This document shows, in pieces, positions 13,962 to 25,468 of a stretch of 64,000 nucleotides of DNA. The translations under genes were made by a program, and so were the position numbers. Below the pieces are notes generated by a model. That model was not told the DNA's origin and made no database searches. It saw nothing but the letters and a program-made list of their open reading frames with translations. The first letter of the stretch is position 1; each line of letters opens with the position of its first letter. The DNA is from Octopus sinensis (Eukaryota): assembly GCF_006345805.1 (NCBI RefSeq), contig NC_043007.1:11222001-11286000 (forward strand). Direction: 5' to 3'.

Positions 13962-14092
13962 CCAACCATATTGGATCCGGGTTCAATCCCATGCATGGCA
14001 CCTTCAGCAAATGTTTCTACTATAGCCTCGGGCTGACCAAAACCTAGTGAGTGGATTTAGTAGACAGAAACTGAAAGAAGCCCACCGTATGT
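13962..14092 (+). mobile_element. SINE family A fragment
   Basis: GGTTCAATCCC B-box-like motif and CTATAGCCTCGGGCTGACC body. Confidence 0.75.
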
Positions 14093-14287
14093 ATCAGGGC
14101 AAGTGAAAAATTATCTACACTTTCACTATAAAATATCTTTATTATTGTCATATTATCTTCTGTGCATGCATGCATAGAGTTGATACTATTGTGGTCACAT
14201 GACTGAAGCTTGAGCTGGATTGCGCCATTTTTGTTTCTGGCTTTTCAGAAAATGGCATAATAATGATGGTGATGATGATGATGGTTT

Positions 14288-14480
14288 CAAATTTTAGCAC
14301 AAGGCCAGCAATTTGGTGGGGGGCGTGCAGAGGGTAGGTTGATTACATTGATCCATGTACTCAAATGGTAATTATTTTATCAGCGCCAAAAGGATGAAAG
14401 GCAAAGTTTGAACTCAGAACGTAACGCTGGACAAAATTCTGCCAAGCATTTCATCTTGCATGCTAACCATTCTGCCAGCT
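14288..14480 (-). mobile_element. SINE family B, degenerate
   Basis: AAAGGATGAAAGGCAAAG..TGAACTCAGAACG as in intact copies. Confidence 0.75.
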
Positions 14481-14544
14481 CACCACCTTAATAATTATAA
14501 TAATAATAAAAATAATGCCTCCGCCACCTCTGCTGCTACGACCA

Positions 14545-15005
14545 CCAATAATGATGACAGCCTTGTTATAGAAGCTCAAGATAAAGCTCTGCAAAAAAAA
14601 CAAAAAAAAAAACAACTTAAAGGAAATAAGCCTAAGGGGAGAAGGTGTCAGCAAAATGTAGATTATATGGAATTTGGGATGCAGCAATGGCACACATTGT
14701 TACAAAATGCTCTAAGTTGGCCCAGGGAGAATATAAGAAATGGAAGTTTGACCAAGCTGTAAAAGTTTTGCACTGGAAGCTTTGTTAGAAATAGGGGTTT
14801 TGAAGTGGGAAGCACATAGTACAATCAAGAATGCCTGAGTCAGAAAAATACAAGATCTTATGGGACTTTTCCTGTTCAAACAGGCAAGAAGATACAGTAT
14901 AACAAGTCAGATATAACAATAATGGACAAGGAAAAGCGAATTTGCTTTCTGATTGATCCAACATGTTCATTTGATTCCAGGATTGTTCAGGAAGAAGAAT
15001 GCATG
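14545..15005 (+). pseudogene. R4/Dong-type (RLE) non-LTR retrotransposon C-terminal remnant
   Basis: SLVIEAQDKAL, decayed CCHC/KLAQ region, KILWDF, KSDITI.DK..ICFLID across frames. Confidence 0.75.
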
Positions 15006-15039
15006 AGAAATCAAAGTGCAATCATCAGAAAACAGAAAA

Positions 15040-15790
15040 TCATATAGAATCTCTGTCATGGTTTTTTTCTTTGATCTGAAGCTTTGTCCATTTTGGTGCA
15101 AAACTGAAATTTTATACCTTCATGGTAATCCCTAAAAGCATGTTGGAACATCATTAAAAAGAAGGTACAGGAGCTAAAATGCAACCCTGTTTGGTTCCAG
15201 TGGCAACAGAAAAAGCTTCCAAACATTGACAGTTAAATATAACTGTTGCCCTAATTCCTTCATGCATAGATACTATTACCATTATCATTCTATCAGAAAG
15301 ACCAAATTTTGATCAAATTCTCTGCAGTGCCTCATGATTCACTGTATCAAAGGCCTTGGTCAAGCTGACAAATACAACATACAAGTCAATATTTTTCTCA
15401 CATGCTTTTTCTTGAACTTACTGAAGGGCAAAAATCACGTCAACTGTGCCTCTCACAGCCCCAAATCCACATCAGGATTCAGGATACATGCTGTTCACTA
15501 CATACTTATTGATGTGTCTAAGAATCACTCGCACAAGAATTTTTCCAGCAATGCACAACAAGCTAATCCCCTTGTGATTATCACAAACATTCTTTTTCCC
15601 CTTGTTTTAGTACAAATTCATTATAGACGCATCTTTAAGCTGTTGGGGAATAGATCCAGTTTCCCAGATCAAAAAGATGGATTTTCACAGCTTGTATAAG
15701 AAAGCTGTCTACCATCGTGCTCATACACTTCATGGGAACACTGTCTTATTCAGGAACTTTACCATTGGAAATTTTTTTAATAGCAGTACT
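15040..15790 (-). pseudogene. RTE/BovB-like RT fragment
   Basis: Minus strand: PESxCGF..GRGTVDMIF, LTKAFDTVN, GTKQGCILAP. Confidence 0.8.
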
Positions 15791-15806
15791 TGTCTCTTCC
15801 AAGAAA

Positions 15807-16015
15807 GCCTAGTACTTATTCCATCGGTCTCTTTTGCCAAACTGCTATGTTACGGGTATGTAAACACACCAGCATTGGTTGTCAAGTGATGTTGGGGGGA
15901 CAAACACAGGCACACAAACATATACACACATATATACATACATATACATATACATATATATATATACACATATACATACACACACACACATATATATATA
16001 TATACACATATACAT

Positions 16016-16073
<58 letters not shown>

Positions 16074-16283
16074 GTATATATATATATACACACATACATT
16101 TATATATATACATATATATGACGGGCTTCTTTCAGTTTCCATCGACCAAATCCACTCACAAGGCTTTGGTCGGCCCGAGGCTATAGTAGAAGGCACTTGC
16201 CCAAGGTTCCACACAGTGGGACTGAACCCGGAACCATGTAGTTGGTAAGCAAGCTACTTACCACACAGCCACTCCTACGCCTA
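15807..16283 (-). mobile_element. SINE family A (tRNA-like head, internal (TA)/(TG) microsatellite), 3' end missing
   Basis: Head GGAGTGGCTGTGTGGTAAGTAGC..GGTTCAGTCCC, then CCTTGGGCAAGTG. Confidence 0.9.
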
Positions 16284-16589
16284 TGGTTCCTCATCCATGG
16301 ATTACAAACTGCAGAAAAAACATGAGACCAATCAATCATCTGATGTTTATGTATAATTTGAAGTTTTACAGAGCTAGCAGGGGTCAAATTTCCTTATTCA
16401 GTCCATACTAATTTTCTCTCAAGACATTCAAATGGTATTTGATATAACGGAATGTACAGTAATTGAACTGAGGAGAGGGCAGAAAGTAGACAACAGTGGA
16501 GTCAGGGCCAGCCTTAGGAAGTGTGGGGCCCAATTGGGAACAATTTTGGTGGGTCTCAGGTTCCCAGTCAATTTACACCAATCATAAAG

Positions 16590-16683
16590 ATGAGTGCCAG
16601 ATGTAGACCCTGGCTTGTTGACTCCTGTCTAAGTGTCCAACCCATGCCAGCATGGAAAATGGATGTTAAATGATGATGATGAT
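16590..16683 (+). mobile_element. RTE 3'-end fragment
   Basis: CCAACCCATGCCAGCATGGAAAATGGATGTTAAA(TGA)n. Confidence 0.7.
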
Positions 16684-18126
16684 ATGCATATATATACATA
16701 CACATATTATATATTATGTATATATTTGTGTGTGTGTGTGTGTTGTGTGTGTGTGCATACGTGTGTGTGTGTGTGGTAACTTTCTGAAACACGAATAATT
16801 TGTTGATAAAATTTTCTACATATACATTTCAGATGGTGTAGATTGCAATTATATTGGAATTTGTTGTGTAAAACATTTTTCACTCTCTTTTAAATAAACT
16901 CAAAGCTAGCTGGTCCTCAACATGGTTGTTTAGTATGCTAGAAATAGTAGTTATTAGGCATAAAAAAAAACAGCCACTATTCTGATCTTCCAATACAGCG
17001 GAAAGGGGGAAAAAGTCCTTTGCAGTATACTAGAGCCAAAGATTAGTTGACAGCACACACAAAAAAAAAAACAGGAAAAAAATAACTCCGAGGTGAGGGG
17101 AATTCCAAGGGCCCACCCACCTCCGATTTCAGTGGAAATAAGTATTTGCGGTATATCAGGAGATGAAATTAATTGATAGCACAAGAAGAAAAGAAAATGA
17201 GGAAAAAACATTATTTCTCACCGAAATTGAGTCTGACAATAAACTATAAATTTAAACTACATCTAAATTTTTTAAATATTCTGGCAAAAATTGGAAAGAA
17301 AGTTATCAAGATACCAAAGAAATTTTTATTTGTTGCACGTTGTTATGATAAAAGAGATATGCATGAAATGCAAATTAATGATAATTATTAATTAGAATTT
17401 TCCAGAAGCTAGTTATATATTTACCGATTATTTTTCTCTATAAGCTCTGTTGTAAGACACAGTCCTGTCTGTGTGACAAGAACTTTGATTCTTAGCTATA
17501 TGTTTCAGGAATTAGCACCAGTGTGTGACACCAAATGTCTCCTACTATAGCTCAATGTGCGCTTGTGTGTCTGCGTGTGTGTGTGTGTGTACCTGTCCAA
17601 AACCTGAATGGGTGCCATGGCAGAGAGATTTTCTCTTTTGAACAAGAGACAAGAAACTTCACCTCACCTCCCTCGTCTTTCTCTCCTCCACTACACACAC
17701 ACTCACACATACATGCACACACATGTGAGTATGTATACAATTCCCCACAAAATAAAAATACATACACATACAATCATACGCATAAATACAAAAACCTCAA
17801 CCAAACCACAATAAAAAATAAATGAACTTTTAACTTTTAACCATTGTAGCCACAATACTGAATACTGAGTTCTTTTACACATACACATCCATTTAGCCTT
17901 TTGCTTTAATCATTTTAAAAATTTTTTGCTTTCTTTAATACATAGAAACATACATACATATATATTATTATTGAAAAAATAAAGTTTCTCCAAAATTAAA
18001 CAATACAAACATATATATATTATATATATATATTATATATATATATATTTTACATATATATATTATATATATATATATTTTACATATATAATATATATAT
18101 ATATATATATATTTTACATATATATA

Positions 18127-18162
<36 letters not shown>

Positions 18163-18166
<4 letters not shown>

Positions 18167-18509
18167 TAACAATTAAGGAACGGCCATAATAGGCCATTCA
18201 CCCACTAGAAATAACAGCCAAAGCTTCTACCGCAAATAAAGATTAATTCCGTAAACAGGAGAAAATTAAAAAAAACCTTACCCTGTAATTTCTTGTACGG
18301 TATACCGTTTCATCCGCTGTTTAATGGTAAACTAACCAGTTTACCATTAAACAGCGGATGAAACGGTATATCGTACAAGAAATTACAGGGTAAATGTTTT
18401 TTTTAATTTTCTCCTGTTTACGGAATTAATCTTTATTTGCGGTAGAAGCTTTGGCTGTTATTTCTAGTGGGTGAATGGCCTATTATGGCCGTTCCTTAAT
18501 TGTTAATGT
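18163..18509. repeat. Near-perfect palindrome, ~171-bp arms, 4-nt loop (fold-back/MITE-like)
   Basis: Arms 18163-18333 and 18338-18509, loop AACC; very few differences; long (TA)n on the left. Confidence 0.95.
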
Positions 18510-18639
18510 TGAACTTAAAAATGGTCTATGACTATTTAATTTTTTCCCACTGGGCCGCTGGTGGCAATAAAATTCTATAAAATTTTCCTTGCCACCCTAT
18601 ATTGATGAATTATATATATATACATATATATATAAATCC

Positions 18640-19045
18640 AAATCCAAATCGAAATTGATCAACATCAATGGAAATTGCAGCTGTGATACCAGTGCCGGTG
18701 GTACGTAAGAGAACCATCCGAATGTGGCCGTTGCCAGTGCCACCCCGACTGGCCTCATGCCGGTGGCACGTAAAAAGCACCATCCGATTGTGGCTGTTGC
18801 CAGCCTCGCCTGGCCCCCATGCCGGTGGCACGTAAAAAGCACCATCCAATCGTGGCCGTTTACCAGCCTCGTCTGGCACGTAAAAAGCACCCACTACACT
18901 CACAGAGTGGTTGGTGTTAGGAAGGGCATCCAGCTGTAGAAACATTGCCAGATCAGATTGGGCCTGGTGCAGCCTTCTGGCTTCCCAGACCCCAGTCAAA
19001 CTATCCAACCCATGCTAGCATGGAAATGATGATGATGATGATGAT
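18640..19045 (+). mobile_element. RTE 3'-UTR fragment with tandem GCCGGTGGCACGTAAAAAGCACC repeats
   Basis: Shared RTE tail and (GAT)n. Confidence 0.85.
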
Positions 19046-19320
19046 TTATATAATACACTTTATTGAAATAAAAAAGTTTCCCCCAAATTAAACATACTTA
19101 TAGAAACTAACACACACAAGCATATGCACTCATATATACATACAATTCACCCACATACATACTATCAGAGACACACAAATATATAACCCATAAACACTCC
19201 CAAACAATATCATACAAACATAAATATTGACCCTTACACTAAAAAGACTATAAATTTCTGCAAATTCAGCCACTGAGCCAAGTAGTTTTGGATGAATGGG
19301 TTTATCTTTGATATCTTGTG

Positions 19321-19473
19321 TAGGTGTAGGAGTGACTGTGTGGTAAGTAGCTTGTTTACCAACCACATGGTTCCAGGTTCAGTCCCACTGCATGGCACCT
19401 TGGGCAAACATCTTCCGCTATAGCCTCGGGCTCACCAAAGCCTTGTGAGTGGATTTAGTAGACAGAAACTGTA

Positions 19474-19522
<49 letters not shown>

Positions 19523-19738
19523 GAGTGTATATGTTTGTGCCCCCCCCCCCAGCATCATTTGACAACTGATGCTGGTGTATTTATGTCCCCATAACTTAGC
19601 AGTTCGGCAAAAGAGACTGATAGAATAAGTACTAGACTTACAAAGAATAAGTCCTGGGGTCGATTTTCTCTACTAAAGATGGTGCTCCAACATGGCCACA
19701 GTCAAATGACTGAAACAAGTAAAAGAGTGAAAGAGAGT
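19321..19738 (+). mobile_element. SINE family A, full length
   Basis: tRNA-like head to AAAAGAG tail. Confidence 0.9.
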
Positions 19739-19931
19739 AACTGGAAAGAGAAAGTCCTACATGGAGAGTTTTTTCAACAAACAGTGGATATGAAGCTGAT
19801 AAAGAATCTCGGAGATGGTTAAGACATGGCTTTTTTTTAAAAAAAGGAAAGAGCAATTCTTGCTTTTCCAGAAGAAGCTTTACATACTAATTCAGTCAAG
19901 TGTAGCATTGATAAGACAGCAGTATCAACAT

Positions 19932-20324
19932 GAGAGGAGGTGCAATGGCCCAGTGGTTAGGGCAGCGGACTCGCGGTCATAGGATCGCGGTTTCGATTCC
20001 CAGACCGGGCGTTGTGAGTGTTTATTGAGCGAAAACACCTAAAAGCTCCACGAGGCTCTGGCAGGGGATGGTGGTGATCCCTGCTGTACTCTTTCACCAC
20101 AACTTTCTCTCACTCTTACTTCCTGTTTCTGTTGTACCTGTATTTCAAGGGGCCGGCCTTGTCACTCTCTGTGTCACGCTGAATATCCCCGAGAACTACG
20201 TTAAGGGTGCACGTGTCTGTGGAGTGCTCAGCCACTTACACGTTAATTTCACGAGCAGGCTGTTCCGTTGATTCGGATCAACCGGAACCCTCATCGTCGT
20301 AACCGATGGAGTGCTTCCTTCCTT
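19932..20324 (+). mobile_element. tRNA-derived SINE family C with 11-bp TSD
   Basis: A box TGGCCCAGTGG, B box GTTTCGATTCCC; TSD AGTATCAACAT at 19921-19931 and 20325-20335. Confidence 0.93.
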
Positions 20325-20477
20325 AGTATCAACATTGTGTAGACTGTGTGGAAAATCATCTGTGACAATTAGACATATAATTAGAAGAAAATCAACACTA
20401 GCCCAGATGGAATACAAAGAATGCCATGACAAAATAACAGTACAAATTCAATGTGGGTTGTGCAAGAATTATGGGCT

Positions 20478-21138
20478 TGTCAGGTCAGGTCTGTTGTATG
20501 CAGCATCGGATCCTACTACTGGTAAACTGTAAACCAGTACAACCTGTGTCAGTGGGGTAGAAAGGGCTCCTTAGCCGTAGTGAAGGCAATCTATCTAGGG
20601 AGATAACCTTACAATAAATCACTCGGTCCGTAGCTTAGAAATACTGGGTTGACATCCAGCGGGAACAGCTTTGTTTCATGGAGGAGGGAAGATCTTCTTT
20701 AGTACTTGGTTGTACAATGCTTTCCAATGTGTGTAGTAGTGGCGCGCGCACACATTATTAACCATTTGAAAAGACTATGGAATTTACAATTAACTGCACC
20801 AGGGTTCCTCTTCCCCAGGGAACCAGACCTAATGGTATACCTGCAGATGTAGGTCCAGCGCCTGCTTTGCCGGGTCCTGTCTCTGATCACGTTGCACCTC
20901 CAAGAGCATCCACTGATGGTGATGCCCTCAATCTTAACAGACGGGTATCACCTGATGGAGAAGAGTCAGCTCCCAACCAAACAACACCAAACAAACACCC
21001 ACTCTCCTACCCTGATGTAATCTCCAGGGATACAGGCATCCAGCAACAGGACCTCCGTAATGCCATGATGGACCGTGAAGTCTGGCGTAGCATGGTAAAT
21101 TCCATTGTCTCGACCACGGTCGAACAATGATGATGATG
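20478..21138 (+). mobile_element. Internally deleted non-autonomous RTE-like element (~660 bp)
   Basis: TSD ATGGGCT (20471-20477, 21139-21145); ORF 20777..21130 ends with RTE-type C-terminus YPDVISRDTG..DLRNAMMDREVWR; (GAT)n tail. Confidence 0.8.
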
Positions 21139-21629
21139 ATGGGCTAGAATGTTCCAACAAGTGGTATGAGCATCAGCCTTTACGAGTAGTAGAGAATTAT
21201 CAGGTGAAACTCGCATGGAATATGCCAATATACACAAACAAAAAAGCTGCAACATAACCAACCAGATATCACTCTTCTACAGAAGGAGTCCAAAGAATGG
21301 AGCCACATCAAAGTAACTATATCTGCAGACCAAAATATTGTGAAAATAGAGAATGGGAAAGTTAGGAAGTACCAAGACTTAAGACTGGAAGTTAAAAGAA
21401 TCTATAGACCCTCAAAAAGTAAGTGTGGTACCTATTGTGATTGGTGCACTTGCGACCATCTCAAAGAGCAATATTCTGGCATCAAAAGCTGCCAATACTT
21501 TCTAGGAAGTCTTCAGATTTCATCAGAATCTGGAATGAGTCATGTGCTGAAGAAAGTGTTGCATCTCTAAGCTGCAGAATGGAGCTGAGATGTGGCAAAG
21601 ACATAGATAAATTGGGAGAAGTTACATTA

Positions 21630-21634
21630 TTATT

Positions 21635-21687
<53 letters not shown>

Positions 21688-21765
21688 TAATAATAATGAT
21701 AATGATGATGATGATGATGATGATGAGGAGGAGGAGGAGGACGATAACAACCACAATAATAATAT
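21630..21765. repeat. Compound (AAT)n(GAT)n(GAG)n microsatellite
   Basis: Direct reading. Confidence 0.95.
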
Positions 21766-22029
21766 ATATATATATTCATATATATGTGTGTGTGGGGGGG
21801 TGAGTGCATAAATATATATATATGCGCACACACATATACACATGTACATCATCATCATCATGTGGATATGCGTGGGAATGTGAGGGTGAATGAAGCCGAG
21901 TAATGTTCAAGTGAATCATCAACTATTCATTTATAAATTTTTATCTCTACATAAAGGTTATTGAATGCTCTTTTGTATGCAAAAACGAATGTATGTTCAT
22001 AACCATGAAATGTCGGTTTCCTATGCTGG

Positions 22030-22070
<41 letters not shown>

Positions 22071-22230
22071 ATAGGTGCAGGAGTGGCTGTGTAGTAAGTA
22101 GCTTGCTTACCAGCCACATGGTTCCTGCGTAACATCTTGGGCAAGTGTCTTCTGCTATAGCCTTGGGCCGACCAATGCCTTGTGAGTGGATTTGGTAGAC
22201 GGAAACTGAAAGAAGCCTGTCGTATATATG

Positions 22231-22261
<31 letters not shown>

Positions 22262-22472
22262 TTGTGTGTCTGTGTTTGTCCCCCTAGCATTGCTTGACAA
22301 CTGATGGTGGTGTGTTTACGTCCCCGTCACTTAGCGGTTCGGCAAAAGAGACCGATAGAATAAGTACTGGGCTTACAAAGAATAAGTCCCGGGGTCGATT
22401 TGCTTGACTAAAGGCAGTGCTCCAGCATGGCCGCAGTCAAATGACTGAAACAAGTAAAAGAGAATAAAAGAG
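22071..22472 (+). mobile_element. SINE family A, near full length
   Basis: Matches other copies; B-box segment deleted. Confidence 0.9.
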
Positions 22473-22566
22473 AATATACAAAATAAGAAAATGGAGAAAT
22501 AGATTTCTTACTACTAGATAATACCAGATAATGAATTTGAGGTAAAACATTTTACCTTCGCCCATA

Positions 22567-23079
22567 TCTATATATATAAAACTGTAGTTGTGTGAGTGTC
22601 TGTCCCCTTCGATTTAGATTCCTAACTACTCCCACATTTTGCGGTGCAGTTTAACCAAATTCGGGTATCTTATAGTCGTGATTCATATCGAGCCCGTCTG
22701 AGTATTAGCGCGCGTCTACGATGAGTCTACGATTTTAAAAATAATTCAACATCATTTTTTATTCCATTTTAATGCATAATTTTTCGTGTGTCGATGGCGG
22801 CGGAGTTGGCGTCCACGGTCACACCTGCACCTGTTTGCTTCTCCACCTTCTTCCCTCCCTTGTGAAGCTTTGGGGAAGGGAGTGTAAGGAAATCAACGTC
22901 GTAAAGCATTGTCAAGGAGACCAGCGTTCTTTTAGAACAACGACTTCATGGCTTGAAGACACCAAAACAGAAATGGCTAAGAAAGCCCGAATTGGCATCT
23001 ATAAGGGAAGTAACTCTCTAAAAATGCTTATATAGTTATTTCCCTTACAAACCCGAGCAACACCGGGCGATACTGCTAG
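22567..23079 (+). mobile_element. Non-autonomous Helitron (513 bp)
   Basis: 5' TC (TCTATATATATAAAA) after A; 3' hairpin CCCG-AGCAACAC-CGGG (23052-23067), then CTAG (23076-23079) followed by T; no TSD. Confidence 0.85.
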
Positions 23080-23252
23080 TAATACAATAAATGAATTAAT
23101 TGCATTGCAATTCTTAGCATTTATGTAATAGCCTTTCTGGGTACTTTACTGGCAGTATATTGGATAAATGATATCCCATAGTGGGTTACACTCATGACCC
23201 CTATCTCACTTTGTAATTTTATATATATATATGTATATATACATATATATAT

Positions 23253-24160
23253 AGTTTCCGCTACCTAGGTGACCAAGTTAGTAGCGGAGGTGGATGCTCA
23301 GAGAGTGTCACCACTAGAATACGAATAGCCTGGGCAAAGTTTAGAAAGCTTTTACCCCTACTAGTGAGAAAGGGCCTCTTGCTAAGAGTGAAAGGTAGAT
23401 TGTACGATGCATGTGTATGAACTGCCATGCTTCACGGTAGGGAAACATGGGCTGTGACTGCAGAGAACATGAGTAGGCTTGAAAGAAATGAAGCTAGCAT
23501 GATCCGCTGGATATGTAATGTCAGTGTGCACACACGACAGAGTGTAAGCACCCTGAGAAAAATGCTGGACATAAGAAGCATCAGATGTGGTGTGCAAGAG
23601 AGACGTTTGCACTGGTATGGTCATGTAATGCAGATGGGTGAGGAGAGATGTGTGAAGAAGTGCCACTCCCAAACAGTTGAAGGTATCCGAGGGAGAAGTA
23701 GACCCAGGAAGACATGGGATGAGGTGATGAAGCATGACCTTCGAACACTGGGCCTCACAGAGGCAATGACGAAAGACCGATATCTCTGGAGTTATGATGT
23801 GACTGCAAAGATCTGACAAATAATGTGAGTTCATAGCTGCTTCCTGCACCAGTTTCACATAGCCCCAGCCCATCCAAAGTACCTTGGATTGCAGTGCTTA
23901 CCTTGGATCGTAGGGTGACCTGCTGTGCTTGAGGAGACCTATTGAGTCAAGTACATCAACATCAAAATAAATATCAAATGGAAATTGTAGTTGTGATACC
24001 TGTGCCGGTGGCACATAAAAAACACCCACTACACTCACGGAGTGGTTGGTGTTAGGAAGGGCATCCAGCTGTAGAAACACTGCCAGATTAGACTGGAGCC
24101 TGGTGCAGCCTCCTGGCTTCCCAGACCCCGGTCGAACCGTCCAACCTGTGCTGATGATGA
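23253..24160 (+). mobile_element. 5'-truncated RTE LINE copy, same family as 6760-10323
   Basis: MLHGRETWAVTAE..RRLHWYGHV..GRSRPRKTW and shared 3' tail. Confidence 0.93.
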
Positions 24161-24204
24161 TGTTATTATAATAATGATAATAACAATAATAATAATAATA
24201 ACAA

Positions 24205-24378
24205 CAACAACAACAACAACATGGAAAAATACCTTAGGAACGAGAACCCAGGTTCGAAATTTCCCCAAGACACCCTGATGAAGGTTGGAGGGTCTATCAG
24301 CCGAAATGTTATGTTAACAACAAACAAGATGAGGACAAATACCCGTCAAATGTAAATAATGTAAATAATGTAAATAAT
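24205..24378 (+). mobile_element. Short dispersed repeat carrying a hammerhead motif, copy 1 (partly decayed)
   Basis: Homologous to 27455-27600; ends in (TGTAAATAA)x3. Confidence 0.8.
24269..24315 (+). ncRNA. Minimal type I hammerhead ribozyme motif, degenerate
   Basis: GACAC-c-CTGATGA-A-GGTTG/CAGCC stem II-GAAA-TGTT-ATGTT; stem III C mutated to T. Confidence 0.55.
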
Positions 24379-24494
24379 CCCTCATCTCTTAAATATAGAA
24401 CTGTTTTACCAAAGATTTAGTATATATGGAAAATGTATGAGTGTGTGTTGTCATGTCTGTATATGTCTCCAACCACTGCTTAACAAGTGGAGGT

Positions 24495-24735
24495 GCATGA
24501 CTTAGCGGTTAGGTTGTTGGACCCATGACCATAAGATTGTGGTTTCAATTCCTGGATGAGGCGATGCATTGTGCTCTTGAGCACAACACTTCATTTTACA
24601 TTGCTCAAGTCCATTCAGCTGGCAAAAATGAGTAATCCTGTAAGGGTCTAGCATCCCATCCAGGTGGGGAATATATACACCACGAAAACCGAAAACTAAC
24701 CCTTATAAGTTGGTATGACTCCAGAAGGTAACTTT
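24495..24735 (+). mobile_element. tRNA-derived SINE family E (degenerate)
   Basis: TTAGCGGTTAG, GTTTCAATTCC, then CTTGAGCACAACACTTCATTTTACATTGCTC. Confidence 0.65.
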
Positions 24736-24984
24736 GCCTTTTTTGTTTTTTCCTGCTTGACAACTAGTTGGTTAGTTTGTGTCCTTGTGACTTAGTAGTT
24801 TGACAAAAAAGACCAACGGAATAAGTACCATAGTTTTTATTTTTTAAATAAAAAAAAAAGGCATAGAAGCAGAATTACTAGGTTTGATTTGTTCAGCTAA
24901 ACCTCCCGAGGTAGTGCCCCAGCATAGCCACAGTCATATGACTAAAACAAATGTAAGAGCTATAACACCATGATACTCTCTGTA

Positions 24985-25468
24985 TATTTCTTTATTGCCC
25001 ACAAGGGGCTAAACACAGAAAGGACAAACAAGGACAAACAAAGGGATTAAATCGATTACATCGACCCCAGTGCATAACTGGTACTTATTTAATCAAAAGG
25101 TGGTGAGCTGGCAGAAATGTTAGCATGCCAGGTGAAATGCTTAGCGGTATTTCGTCTGTCTTTACGTTCTGAGTTCAAATTCCGCCGAGGTCGACTTTGC
25201 CTTTCATCCTTTCGGGGTCGATAAATTAAGTACCAGTTACGCACTGGGGTCGATGTAATTGACTTAATACCTATGTCTGTCCTTGTTTGTCCCCTCTATG
25301 TTTAGCCCCTTGTGGGTAATAAAGAAATAGGTACTTATTTAATCGACCCCAAAAGGATGAAAGGCAAAGTTGACCTCGGCGGAATTTGAACTCAGAACAT
25401 AAAGGCAGGCAAAATACTACTAAGCATTTCCCCCAGCATACTAACGATTCTGCCAGCTCACTGACCCC
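24985..25468 (-). mobile_element. SINE family B (minus) split by a plus-strand family B copy
   Basis: Halves 24985-25094 and 25330-25468 join at the duplicated 15-mer. Confidence 0.85.
25095..25329 (+). mobile_element. SINE family B, full length, 15-bp TSD
   Basis: TSD GGTACTTATTTAATC at 25080-25094 and 25330-25344; B box GAGTTCAAATTCC. Confidence 0.92.

Larger units (their letters stand above)
19740..21630 (+). pseudogene. R4/Dong-type RLE LINE 3' remnant, interrupted by two insertions, (AAT)n tail
   Basis: WKEKVLHGEF; CRLCGK..TIRHI; LAQMEYK; LCKNYGL/ECSNKWYEHQP; HNQPDI; KYQDL; VVPIVIGAL. Confidence 0.85.

Noticed and set aside
19932-20010. Genuine tRNA genes at SINE heads
   Set aside because: A/B boxes are present but acceptor stems are not closed, and the heads continue into repeated SINE bodies with TSDs
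20478-20600. HDV-like ribozyme at the 5' end of the RTE derivative
   Set aside because: Some helices pair, but P1 and P1.1 could not be placed in the required nested double pseudoknot
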